Assembly: GCA_963715195.1 (NCBI GenBank)
Contig: CAVQRT010000003.1
Location: 192,001 to 256,000, forward strand
Length of the DNA stretch: 64,000 bases
From: Thermodesulfovibrionales bacterium
Lineage (GTDB): Bacteria > Nitrospirota > Thermodesulfovibrionia > Thermodesulfovibrionales > SM23-35
Reading direction: 5' to 3'
In this document: positions 30,762 through 40,130 of the stretch, piece by piece
Numbering within the stretch: the stretch's first letter is position 1
Layout: each line of letters opens with the position of its first letter
Translations under genes and position numbers: made by a program
The notes under the pieces: model-generated
The model's database searches: none
Told to the model about the DNA's origin: nothing
Seen by the model: the letters and a program-made list of their open reading frames with translations, nothing else

Positions 30762-31415
30762 TTATATCAAAAGCCTGCCCGTTTCATACCAGACAGCATT
30801 TATTCGGTTTATGAATGACGGCATATCGGTGTCTATTTCCATTTTTGCTTTCTTCAGTGATGATCTGATCTCCTCAATGATTTGCTTCTGTTCATCCTGA
30901 GCAAGCGGCGTCAATTTTGTGAAGAGCTCATCAATAACCTCAATTTCCGCCTTTGCATTCCCGATATTTTTTGCAACAACTTCCATCCGAGCTTTTAAGA
31001 GATGTCCCCTGATATCCTCCACAGCCGAATTAAATTTTATGGGTTTCAACTGCGATTGCACATCAGAGTACTTTTTATCAATGGTCTCCGCCTGTTTTTT
31101 AACGGCTTCGTCTGCCGCTGCTTTTTGCTTCTGCATGGTTTCACTCTGCACAGCGATATCTTTTTTGAGAGTATTTCCAAGGGTATCTACCTGCGCAGCA
31201 AGCGCATTGAGTGTTTTAATAATTTTCCCCGCATCCGCGGTCGGCTCAAGAGGAGCCACTTTTGATTCATCCTCTATCGTTTGAAGCCGCTGCTTTATAT
31301 CCTGCACATCCTCTTTCAGCCCTGACAGGTGCTTATCCATTAGCACCGGAAAGCCCAAAACCCCGGCCACTGCAAGAACAACAACCGCGATGACTGCTAT
31401 GATTGCTCCCTTCAT
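30762..31415 (-). CDS. hypothetical membrane-anchored coiled-coil protein
   Basis: AGGAGGG RBS, N-terminal TM helix, Lys/Glu/Ala-rich helical body. Confidence 0.7.
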   Translation of the reverse strand: MKGAIIAVIAVVVLAVAGVLGFPVLMDKHLSGLKEDVQDIKQRLQTIEDESKVAPLEPTADAGKIIKTLNALAAQVDTLGNTLKKDIAVQSETMQKQKAAADEAVKKQAETIDKKYSDVQSQLKPIKFNSAVEDIRGHLLKARMEVVAKNIGNAKAEIEVIDELFTKLTPLAQDEQKQIIEEIRSSLKKAKMEIDTDMPSFINRINAVWYETGRLLI

Positions 31416-31433
31416 GGTTTCCCTCCTTGTGTG

Positions 31434-32642
31434 TTATTTGTTATCCTCTTCGACTGCCTTTCTTATTCTGTCCAGAATATCAGGAATTGCGGACGTCACC
31501 CTGTCCCAGCTGGCGATTAACGGTACACCGAGCGGATCTTCCGTGATGATGTCTGCTGCTTTTCTTATCCCATTCGTAAATGTTTCAACTGCGAGGCTTT
31601 CCTCATGCCTGTCAAAAAAAAGATTATTAATGGCTGCGTCATCCTGATACCGTTTGAGCATATCCTGCGCTGTCCTGACATAGGTCGCCACGAGTGTTTT
31701 GAAGAACCCGTCCGAAAAGACAATACCCTCTGATGCGAGCGTCCGGAAGATGGACTTGCAGATATCGACACACATCTTGTGAAGTCCTTTCGATGCGTCT
31801 TCCGGTGAAAGCTCCTGGTGCTTGTGCTCGTAATTCTCTGCGATGTCAACCTGACAGACCCTCCTGATCGAAGTATTCCGGTAGACTTCCGCGAGAACAC
31901 CCACCTCCAGACCCCAGTCACCGGGTATCCGGTTTACCCGGGCAAGATCAACATCCATTGAGAACTCTCCCGCAAGAGGATACCGGAAACTGTCGAAAAA
32001 GAGCAATATCGGGAGGTGTCCGAGGATTCTCTGCAGCGACCGTATTAACGGAGTAACGAGAAGCCTTGTCATCCTTCCGTGCAGTCTGTCCGTTACCCTG
32101 CTGTAGAAACCCTTGCAAAAGTCATAGTCGAGATTTGGATTCGTGACCGGATAGCAGAGCCGCGCGAGCAGCCCCCTGTCATACGTAAGGATGTCGCAGT
32201 CGTGCAGCGCAATTCCGTGGATATATTGTTCTGACAGGATAAAACCGTAGGCCATCCATGCAGATCTTCCTTTCCCCGGCTCGCCTATGGGAAGCTCCGC
32301 ATCTTCAATTGCCCGGTATAATGCATCGATTCTTGGCCCTGTATTCCAGATGATTCTCGTCTTCTGAGGAAGAACAGAAAAAAATTCCTGTGCAGAGTGG
32401 AATTCTTCCTCTGTCGCAGGCCCGAGGGTAACAACAATTTCCTTGATGTATTTCACTCCCTGCAGTTCCCTGATAATGCCCTTCAAGGCTTCTCCGTCAA
32501 GTTCGCTGAAGAGCGACGGGAGTACAAGGGCTATCGGCCTCTCATTGGTATACCACGATAATTCCGCCTCTATCTTCTCGAGATCGATCTTGCCCAGCCT
32601 GTGGAAAGTAGCGATAACACCTGTCTGGAAAAAGTCTGCCAT
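31434..32642 (-). CDS. gpgS: glucosyl-3-phosphoglycerate synthase
   Basis: MADFFQ.G.IAT.H.L N-terminus, GKGR, HDCDI, KGFYSRV, GRMTRL, FRYPLAGEF, DWGLEVG, YEHKHQ; cognate phosphatase nearby. Confidence 0.8.
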   Translation of the reverse strand: MADFFQTGVIATFHRLGKIDLEKIEAELSWYTNERPIALVLPSLFSELDGEALKGIIRELQGVKYIKEIVVTLGPATEEEFHSAQEFFSVLPQKTRIIWNTGPRIDALYRAIEDAELPIGEPGKGRSAWMAYGFILSEQYIHGIALHDCDILTYDRGLLARLCYPVTNPNLDYDFCKGFYSRVTDRLHGRMTRLLVTPLIRSLQRILGHLPILLFFDSFRYPLAGEFSMDVDLARVNRIPGDWGLEVGVLAEVYRNTSIRRVCQVDIAENYEHKHQELSPEDASKGLHKMCVDICKSIFRTLASEGIVFSDGFFKTLVATYVRTAQDMLKRYQDDAAINNLFFDRHEESLAVETFTNGIRKAADIITEDPLGVPLIASWDRVTSAIPDILDRIRKAVEEDNK

Positions 32643-32682
32643 GTTACACCTCCTTGTCTAAAACATGCACGGCGAATGTACT

Positions 32683-33108
32683 TTACTGATACGCGAGGAT
32701 GCGGATACCTTCGGACGCAGCAGCGTTCGAGAGCATATCGTCTGCGGATGAAAAGACAAGATGGATGTCCTTATGCTGTTTTTGTATAAGCTTCGCAGCG
32801 GACAAATGGATGGCGTCAAACCTCCTCAATCCATATTTCTGAATGAAGAGCCCTGCCTCGCGTTCATCAAAATCAACAATAGCGTAATGAAGCCAGTCAT
32901 GCGAAAATCTTTTCACAACCATATCATATTGTTTTTGTGACAGGTCATTTTTTTTCAGCCGCTTGTCCAGTGAAGATATCATCTCTGTATACGCAATACG
33001 GCATGTCGACACTATTTCAGCCTGCCGGACCCATTCGCGCACGATATCCGAATATTGTTCCTCGACATACAGCTTAGCAAGACTGCTTGTTCCGAGATAT
33101 AAAATCAT
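32683..33108 (-). CDS. vapC: VapC-family PIN-domain toxin (first catalytic Asp replaced by Gly)
   Basis: MILYL(G)TSSL.KLY, YTE, LR.FDAIHL.AA, F.SAD..L..AA..EG; 4-bp overlap with the antitoxin gene. Confidence 0.8.
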   Translation of the reverse strand: MILYLGTSSLAKLYVEEQYSDIVREWVRQAEIVSTCRIAYTEMISSLDKRLKKNDLSQKQYDMVVKRFSHDWLHYAIVDFDEREAGLFIQKYGLRRFDAIHLSAAKLIQKQHKDIHLVFSSADDMLSNAAASEGIRILAYQ

Positions 33109-33365
33109 CCTCGCTCTTCAAGAATCGTCTCGGAAAGCGGTTGCCCCTTGAGGGTGATTCCCTCAAGAACTCTTGGTTTGCCTCCCGACCAGTGGGACTT
33201 GCCTGAATCAACGAGCGACCTGATTGCTTTTCGCTCGGGTGAGATGCGGGTTATCACAGCAACTTCCCTTCCATGTTCGGTAATAATCACCTGGTCCCCT
33301 TTGCTGACCCTGTCAATGTAACTGCTCAATCGTGCCTTCAGGTCCTTAATGCCGACAGAAACCAT
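33105..33365 (-). CDS. Phd/YefM-family antitoxin
   Basis: MVSVGIKDLKARLSSYIDRVSKGDQVIITEHGREVA; AAGGAG RBS. Confidence 0.88.
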   Translation of the reverse strand: MVSVGIKDLKARLSSYIDRVSKGDQVIITEHGREVAVITRISPERKAIRSLVDSGKSHWSGGKPRVLEGITLKGQPLSETILEERG

Positions 33366-33507
33366 GCAATGTATCTCCTTTGAAAATTATTTATGGTTAC
33401 AATATACTATTAAAGTAGTTATAAAATCAACTGATTTCCTATGGTATGATAACCAGGCCCGGCTGCCGGCATCAGTGGGGTCTCTTCAATATCAAATGAG
33501 AGGAATA

Positions 33508-34824
33508 ATGGACAATCAGAGGAAAATCGTATCTGCACTCTTTCGCACTGCAATTCAGTCAGTATCACCATATGAGAAAACGAAACAGGTTTGCAGCGAT
33601 ATCGTACGGGAGGAAATTTCAGGAATGGGCGATGCCGTGATTATCAAAGTTATCGGTTTCGGCAAAGCAGCATGTCCGATGGCAAAAGCAGCGGAGGAAT
33701 GTTTGCAGCATCATATCGATCGCGGAATAATTCTCACGAAATATTCCCATTGCCGCGGATACGATTTTTTGAGGATGGATGTATACGAGGCAGGACATCC
33801 CCTGCCCGACGCAAACGGATTGCGGGGGACAGAACGCGTCATTGATATCATCAGGGGATCTGACGAACATACGCTGGTCCTCTGTCTGATATCAGGAGGC
33901 GGTTCGTCGCTGCTCGTTGCTCCGCATGACGGTATCACGCTGGACGAAAAGCAGCGTGCAACCAATCTTCTCCTGCGGGCGGGCGCGGATATACAGGAGC
34001 TGAATATCGTTCGAAAGCATCTGTCAAGGGTTAAGGGCGGAAGGCTTGCGGAAATTGCCTATCCTGCCAGAATAATTTCGCTGATTTTGTCCGACGTCAT
34101 TCAGGACAGGGTTGACACCATCGCGTCAGGTCCAACCGCTCCTGATGCGTCTGTATATGACGATGCCCTTTTTGTTCTCGACAAATACGGTCTCGTGGAA
34201 AAAATACCCGATGCTGTCCGGCAAATTCTCCAGAAAGGCGCGGGGGGAATCATTCCCGAAACCCCCAAAGAAGGCGACGCCATTTTCCGGAATGTTCAGA
34301 ATATCATCATCGGGAGCAATTCGATTGCGCTGCACGCTGCGCAGGAGAAGGCAAAGAATCTCGGCTTCAAGAGTGAGATTCTCTCCGGAAAAATTACCGG
34401 GGAAGCAAGGGATACCGGGGTCTGGCTGGCTTCCGTTGCACGGGAGGCGCAGAAAAATTTTGGCACACAAAATCAGAAGGGATTATGCCTGATATCAGGG
34501 GGAGAGACTACCGTTACGGTCAAAGGAAGCGGCCTGGGTGGCAGGAATACGGAACTCGCCCTCTCATTCGCGATGGCGATTGAAGGAATTCATGGTATCA
34601 CCCTTCTCTCGGCGGGGACAGATGGAACCGACGGACCGACTGATGCAGCGGGCGCAATAGTGGACGGTACCACCGTACACAAGGCGACAGCATGCGGGAT
34701 CGACCCTCATCGGTTCCTCGAGGATAATGATTCCTACAATTTTTTCAAAAAAACTGAAGGACTGTTTGTCACCGGTCCGACCGGAACCAATGTAATGGAT
34801 ATACAGATCATGATCATAGAATGA
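33508..34824 (+). CDS. glycerate kinase, MOFRL family (class II)
   Basis: GFGKAA, AGHPLPD, ISGGGSSL, RKHLSRVKGG, IASGPT, GGETTV, GRNTE, GTDGTDGPT, TGPTGTNVMD; start placed at ATG 33508 after GAGAGGA. Confidence 0.9.
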   Translation: MDNQRKIVSALFRTAIQSVSPYEKTKQVCSDIVREEISGMGDAVIIKVIGFGKAACPMAKAAEECLQHHIDRGIILTKYSHCRGYDFLRMDVYEAGHPLPDANGLRGTERVIDIIRGSDEHTLVLCLISGGGSSLLVAPHDGITLDEKQRATNLLLRAGADIQELNIVRKHLSRVKGGRLAEIAYPARIISLILSDVIQDRVDTIASGPTAPDASVYDDALFVLDKYGLVEKIPDAVRQILQKGAGGIIPETPKEGDAIFRNVQNIIIGSNSIALHAAQEKAKNLGFKSEILSGKITGEARDTGVWLASVAREAQKNFGTQNQKGLCLISGGETTVTVKGSGLGGRNTELALSFAMAIEGIHGITLLSAGTDGTDGPTDAAGAIVDGTTVHKATACGIDPHRFLEDNDSYNFFKKTEGLFVTGPTGTNVMDIQIMIIE

Positions 34825-34843
34825 ACCAAAAGGATACGGGTGC

Positions 34844-35674
34844 ATGAAAAAAATCATTATCTTTACAGATCTCGACGGCACTCTGCTGGATACCCACACG
34901 TACTCTTTCTCAGCGGCTTTACCGTCCCTTCAACTCCTGAGGGGAAAAGACATCCCCCTCATCATCTGTTCAAGCAAGACACGAGCGGAGATAGAGCACT
35001 ACAGAATGAAAATGAAGAATCATCATCCTTTTATATCAGAAAACGGCGGGGGGGTATTCATACCAAAAAAGTACTTTACCATAACCTTTTCAGATTCTAA
35101 GTTTCTGGTTGTCCAAAACAGAAAATACGATACCATAACACTCGGCTCACCATACAAAGATTTGCGTACAGTGATACAGGAACTCCGGGAACAAGGCTTA
35201 CCAGTAAAAGGTTTCGGCGATATGTCTGCCGAAGAAGTTGCAGCACTCACCAACCTGAGTATTTATGAAGCACTGATGGCCAAGAAGAGGGGCTTTGACG
35301 AGCCATTTGTTTTTGAAGGTGATGATGCAGAAATCCGGAGACTGAGCACATTCATTCAATCCAAAGGATTTACTGTGACCCGGGGCAGATTCTTCCACAT
35401 ACTTGGCAACTATGATAAGGGAATGGCAGTTTCCATCCTGAGCGAACTATACAAAAAACAGTTCGGTGAGATTCTGACTGCAGCGGTAGGCGACAGTCCC
35501 AATGATTTACCGATGCTGCAACAAGTCGACATGCCGTTCATTGTCCAAAAACCCGATGGCAGTTATGATCCTTTTCTGGACCTGCCCGGCATCACAAAGG
35601 CTGATGATATTGGCCCAAAAGGTTGGAACAAGGCTATCGAGAAGCTTTTATCGTTATTCCGCCCTTCGGGATAA
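34844..35674 (+). CDS. mpgP: mannosyl/glucosyl-3-phosphoglycerate phosphatase (HAD IIB)
   Basis: FTDLDGTLLD, CSSKTRAE, PFISENGG, GRFFH, DKG, GDSPNDLPML. Confidence 0.88.
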   Translation: MKKIIIFTDLDGTLLDTHTYSFSAALPSLQLLRGKDIPLIICSSKTRAEIEHYRMKMKNHHPFISENGGGVFIPKKYFTITFSDSKFLVVQNRKYDTITLGSPYKDLRTVIQELREQGLPVKGFGDMSAEEVAALTNLSIYEALMAKKRGFDEPFVFEGDDAEIRRLSTFIQSKGFTVTRGRFFHILGNYDKGMAVSILSELYKKQFGEILTAAVGDSPNDLPMLQQVDMPFIVQKPDGSYDPFLDLPGITKADDIGPKGWNKAIEKLLSLFRPSG

Positions 35675-36857
35675 TCGCTATTCCCGATGGATCTATATGG
35701 CAGCGGAAACGGTCCTTTTCAGGATCAAATCCGAATTCAACCCCTTCATCGATGACGTTCATTTTATCAACAATGACTTTTTTCAGTCTGCAGCCTTTCC
35801 TGAGGACCACATGATCCATAATAATGCAATTGTCCACATTGACATCATCTTCTATGACAACGCCGCTGCGGATGAATGAATTCCGAATTTTTGCCTTGTG
35901 AATCGTACACCCTTCGGCAATCATGCTGTTCCGAATGTCACCTCTCAGGATCTTTGACGCCGGGCCTTCGTACCCCGAAGGATGAACCGGCCATAAATCG
36001 TTATCGATCTCAAAAAGGGGTTCTTTTCCCAGTAGATCCATATGCGCATCAAAAAAGGCAGATATGGTCCCTACATCCCGCCAGTAGCCTTCTTCCTCAT
36101 AAATTTTCGTTCCCGGGATACTATTTGTCGCAAAATCGTAGGCGAAAACCCTGCCTGTATCAACCAGACCAGGTATGACATGGGCACCGAAATCATGCTG
36201 TTTTTTTCTTTGTGATCTCGCCAACGCATTCACGAGAATATCCTTATTGAAAATGTAGTTTCCCATGGACACATAGGCACGGCGGGGATCGCCCGGCATG
36301 GGGGTCGGTTTTTTTGGTTTTTCCTGAAAACCGACGATCCGCCGCTCATCATCGCTCATAATGACACCGAATGAGGAAGCCTGTTCGACCGGCACCGGTC
36401 GTGCAGCAACCGTCACAAGTGCATCTTTTTGTAAATGATAATCGATCATCTGACGGATGTCCATCCGGTAAATATGGTCTGATCCGAAAACAATAATAAG
36501 TCCAGGCTTGATCTGCTGGATAAGATTGAAATTCTGAAAAACAGCGTCGGCAGTCCCCTGAAACCATTCCGGACCAGAACGCATCTGCGGCGGGACAACG
36601 GTAACAAAATGATCTTTCGCAACTGAGGAAAGATTCCAGTGCATCCGGACATGTTCGATAAGAGATTGTGACTTGTACTGAACGAGGAGATAGAGAGAGT
36701 AAATCTGGGAATTCACGAAGTTGCTGAGGACAAAGTCCACAATCCTGTACCTCCCGCCTATAGGAACAGCAGGCTTTGAACGGAACGCCGTCAACGGGAA
36801 AAGCCTCTCGCCCTTCCCTCCTGCAAGAATGAATGCCAGCACTTTTGGGTATGCCAC
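35634..36857 (-). CDS. glgC: glucose-1-phosphate adenylyltransferase
   Basis: LAGGKGERLFPLT..RSKPAVP.GG.YR..DF, GTADAV, DHIYRMD, FQEKP, SMGNYIF, YWRDVGT; GTG start after a CAGGAGG RBS. Confidence 0.95.
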   Translation of the reverse strand: MAYPKVLAFILAGGKGERLFPLTAFRSKPAVPIGGRYRIVDFVLSNFVNSQIYSLYLLVQYKSQSLIEHVRMHWNLSSVAKDHFVTVVPPQMRSGPEWFQGTADAVFQNFNLIQQIKPGLIIVFGSDHIYRMDIRQMIDYHLQKDALVTVAARPVPVEQASSFGVIMSDDERRIVGFQEKPKKPTPMPGDPRRAYVSMGNYIFNKDILVNALARSQRKKQHDFGAHVIPGLVDTGRVFAYDFATNSIPGTKIYEEEGYWRDVGTISAFFDAHMDLLGKEPLFEIDNDLWPVHPSGYEGPASKILRGDIRNSMIAEGCTIHKAKIRNSFIRSGVVIEDDVNVDNCIIMDHVVLRKGCRLKKVIVDKMNVIDEGVEFGFDPEKDRFRCHIDPSGIAIIPKGGITIKASR

Positions 36858-36959
36858 GGTACCTCCTGAAAGCATATGCTTGTTTCAATTGTATATCATG
36901 CCCGGGAAAAATGAAATCTCCGACTCAAGAATACCCTCTGCAGCTGTTCCGCCCGCGGT

Positions 36960-39200
36960 TCAACTACCTCTATTTTTCAGTGCCGAAGCGAGATCAATCA
37001 ATCTTTGATCCTCTAAAATCTCCGCAAGTGAAATTGGTGTCTTTTGAATCCAGTTTGGATGCTCATCGACCGTGCCGGGCAGATTCTGCTGCTCAAGGGT
37101 TCCAATGACATCGTCGAGACTGACCAGCAAAAGTTTGCACGGTGTCCGGTCGAGATAGCGGTATATGGCGAGACAGAGTGCAGATGACATGTTCTTTGTA
37201 TTTTCTGATTTCTCCGGATAATCATCAGGAATGAGACCCTGTGAGCGCAATGCAGAGAGGATCAGCTTCCTGTCCCGATCCCTGTCCTTGAGGTGTTTTT
37301 GCCATACAGCATCTGCATAGGTCCCCAGCCTTCTCCTTGCCGCTATGTCATGCGCACGCCAGTATCCGGAGAGCGTCGGCAGGTCATGCGTCGTTACGGC
37401 ACACAGCGCCGTTTCAGGATATTTGTCTGGTGTGAGAAATGAAGGGTCCGGATAGTTCCGTTCAAAATAAAAAAGCCGGTAGGAGAGCATGCGGAATCTG
37501 TTCAGTATTTCCCTTACATTCTCGCCGATGGTACCAAGGTCTTCTGCAATAACGACCGCCCTGTTGCGGACGCTCTCCAGCGCAATAATTCTGAGAAGGT
37601 CTTCAGACGGCTGTTCAACATACGCACCGTCTTTGGGCATAATTCCATCGGGGACCCAGAATATTCTGAACAGGCCGAGCGCATGGTCTATCCGGATTGC
37701 ACCGCCATACTTCATATTTTTTTGTATCGTCCGGCGGAAGAATTCATATCCGCTTTCCCGCAACTTCTCGGGAATCAGGGGCGGGAAGCCCCATCTCTGA
37801 CCATCGGGGCTGAAATCATCAGGAGGTGCGCCAACCTGCGCTCCATGCGCCATAACCTCTTTGTAGCTCCATGCATCGCTTCCATCGCCGACCGATCCAA
37901 CAGCAAGATCAAAGTAGAGGCCTACCGGCATATGATGCTCCTTGACAACGAGGGAAAGCTCCTTCATTTGAGTGTCAATGAGCCACTGGACATACTGAAA
38001 ATAGAGCAGTTCCCGCACGTGCCTTTTCCCGAATTTCCTTACCGCCTCCCCCTCCAAGCGCTGATACTCTTCGGGCCAGTTTCGCCAGGAAAAAACACTC
38101 CGTGTCCGCTTCATATGTTTCCATAAAGCCAAGAAAAGGGAAAATGATTCAAGAGCAGGCCCTTCCGCTGAAACATACGCCTGAAAATCTCTGCCCCGTT
38201 TTGTCTTGCCGGTATAGTGTTTTTGAAAAAAGCAATTGAATGCCTTTCTGAGCACCTTTTCCTTGATCGCTGCTACCGCCTCGTAATCGATGAATTCTTT
38301 CCTTTTGATTTTTTTGATCTCCGCCCGGAATTTTTCCGATGCAATCTCAGTGCGCAGATCAACTGATTCAGCAACTTCGGGGACGTGCTCAATATCGAGG
38401 TATATGTGATTTCTGTATAACCTGCTCAGGGGAGCATACGGGCTCACACCGAACGGATGTGAGTTCGGAAGCGCATGCAGTGGATTGATACCGATAAAAC
38501 TGCCCTGGGCAGCGGCGAGCCATCCGACAAGGTCCCGCAGGTCCGTAAAATCACCAACACCCCAGTTTCGCCGTGAATTCAATGCATACAGATTCGTTGA
38601 TAATCCCCAAACCTTTTTATGTTCGAGTTCAGGAGGCATATAGCAGACATCAGGCGTTACAATGATTCTCGACCGTAGGACAAGCTTGTCCGACCTGTTC
38701 GGGAAAATCATCTCTGGATGCCGGCACTCTGCATGAAAGGTGTAGTACCCGATATCCCTTTGCACCGTATCCGTGAGAAAAGCCTGCATGTATCTTCTGC
38801 CGTCTATCTGTCGAGTTGCATGAATCCTGATATCTGAGCCGGAAATGAGGACAGGGTTCTTCTTCCGGGATATCTTCTCCTCGTTCTCAAGATACCATGA
38901 TATGGCAAGTCCTGATTCCCTGCCCGGTTCAATGGGAAGATAAACCGGGATGGCAAGAGGCTGAGCATTGACGGATATCACCTGTACAGGGTCTATGAAT
39001 TGTTTCCACGGCTTCGATTTTCTATCCTGAATCCCATGCAGAATCTCGGCAGTTGAATCGATTTTCAGCCCCATTGCTTTCAGAATCGCTTTTCTGGTCT
39101 CAATCGAAGTCTCATGCTTCTGACCAAAAATATCCCAGTACCACGGCACGATTCCGCAGAGCGCTGAGAGCTCAAGAATCAGTTCGCTGTGATCATGCAT
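36960..39200 (-). CDS. malQ: 4-alpha-glucanotransferase (amylomaltase, GH77)
   Basis: WGVGDFTDL, SPYAPLSR, DLAVG, GAPPDDFS..GQ.WG.PP, RIDHALG, AEDLG, THDLPTL, N.PGT..HPNW; start uncertain (39200 or 39284). Confidence 0.93.
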   Translation of the reverse strand: MHDHSELILELSALCGIVPWYWDIFGQKHETSIETRKAILKAMGLKIDSTAEILHGIQDRKSKPWKQFIDPVQVISVNAQPLAIPVYLPIEPGRESGLAISWYLENEEKISRKKNPVLISGSDIRIHATRQIDGRRYMQAFLTDTVQRDIGYYTFHAECRHPEMIFPNRSDKLVLRSRIIVTPDVCYMPPELEHKKVWGLSTNLYALNSRRNWGVGDFTDLRDLVGWLAAAQGSFIGINPLHALPNSHPFGVSPYAPLSRLYRNHIYLDIEHVPEVAESVDLRTEIASEKFRAEIKKIKRKEFIDYEAVAAIKEKVLRKAFNCFFQKHYTGKTKRGRDFQAYVSAEGPALESFSLFLALWKHMKRTRSVFSWRNWPEEYQRLEGEAVRKFGKRHVRELLYFQYVQWLIDTQMKELSLVVKEHHMPVGLYFDLAVGSVGDGSDAWSYKEVMAHGAQVGAPPDDFSPDGQRWGFPPLIPEKLRESGYEFFRRTIQKNMKYGGAIRIDHALGLFRIFWVPDGIMPKDGAYVEQPSEDLLRIIALESVRNRAVVIAEDLGTIGENVREILNRFRMLSYRLFYFERNYPDPSFLTPDKYPETALCAVTTHDLPTLSGYWRAHDIAARRRLGTYADAVWQKHLKDRDRDRKLILSALRSQGLIPDDYPEKSENTKNMSSALCLAIYRYLDRTPCKLLLVSLDDVIGTLEQQNLPGTVDEHPNWIQKTPISLAEILEDQRLIDLASALKNRGS

Positions 39201-39305
39201 TGGTTCCTCTGCCCCTGTTATCTTCTGCATGATAGATATATAATACTTCATATCCCTGGCGGACGTATTCGACCCGATTTTCACGACAGGCAGGTAACGC
39301 TGAGA

Positions 39306-40130
39306 ATGAAGCAGATACTTTGCTCCCTTGTTATTATCACCAATCTCTTGTTTCCTGTTCCAGCTTCCGCTGAAACGCCGAAACGTATCATCTCGCTCGC
39401 CCCCAATATAACCGAAATTCTCTTTGCACTCGGCTTCGACGACAGGATCGTTGCCGTCACCAGTTTTTGTGATTATCCCGGGGGGACAAAGAACAAACAG
39501 AAGGTCGGGGGAATGTCCAATCCTTCACTGGAAAGAGTCGTTTCCTTACAGCCGGACATGGTGATAATGACAACCGACGGGAATCCAAAAGCTTTTGCTG
39601 AGAGATTAGAGTCATTCAGGATACGGACATATGTATTCAGGGCCCGTACTCTCTCGGAACTCCCGCAAGGGATACGTGGGATAGGTTCAGCACTTGATGT
39701 TCCGGGAAAGGCTGATATGTTGGCACGCGACATTCAAGCATCCCTGAATAATCTTTCACATCGGATCCCTGAATCTTCACGAAGAAAAAAGGTGCTCTTC
39801 ATCATCTGGCCGGAGCCTCTGATCGTTGCAGGACCCGGTACCGCGATTGATGATGCAATCACTCTCCTGGGGCATCACAACATTGCCAAAGAATCAATAT
39901 CCTCGTATCCCAAATACTCTCTTGAGGAGATCATTCTGCAGGCGCCAGACATAATTTTCATCGGAAAGGGACATTCGGACATGCGGAACATGTCCAAAGG
40001 CCTGCTCAAAAAACTCTCTGGTGTTCCCGCGGTAAAAAATCAGCGCGTTTTTTTCATCAGTGACAATCTTTACAGGCTCGGGCCACGGGTCATACCCGGC
40101 ATTGAGGAAATGGCTGCATGTCTCAGGTAA
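39306..40130 (+). CDS. cobalamin/iron-siderophore ABC substrate-binding protein (BtuF-like)
   Basis: Signal peptide; RIISLAPNITEILFALG, CDYP, PSLERVVSLQPD, RLGPR. Confidence 0.85.
   Translation: MKQILCSLVIITNLLFPVPASAETPKRIISLAPNITEILFALGFDDRIVAVTSFCDYPGGTKNKQKVGGMSNPSLERVVSLQPDMVIMTTDGNPKAFAERLESFRIRTYVFRARTLSELPQGIRGIGSALDVPGKADMLARDIQASLNNLSHRIPESSRRKKVLFIIWPEPLIVAGPGTAIDDAITLLGHHNIAKESISSYPKYSLEEIILQAPDIIFIGKGHSDMRNMSKGLLKKLSGVPAVKNQRVFFISDNLYRLGPRVIPGIEEMAACLR

Noticed and set aside
33349..33507. 53-aa N-terminal extension of glycerate kinase
   Set aside because: It overlaps the antitoxin start and the AT-rich divergent promoter region; an RBS-supported ATG lies at 33508
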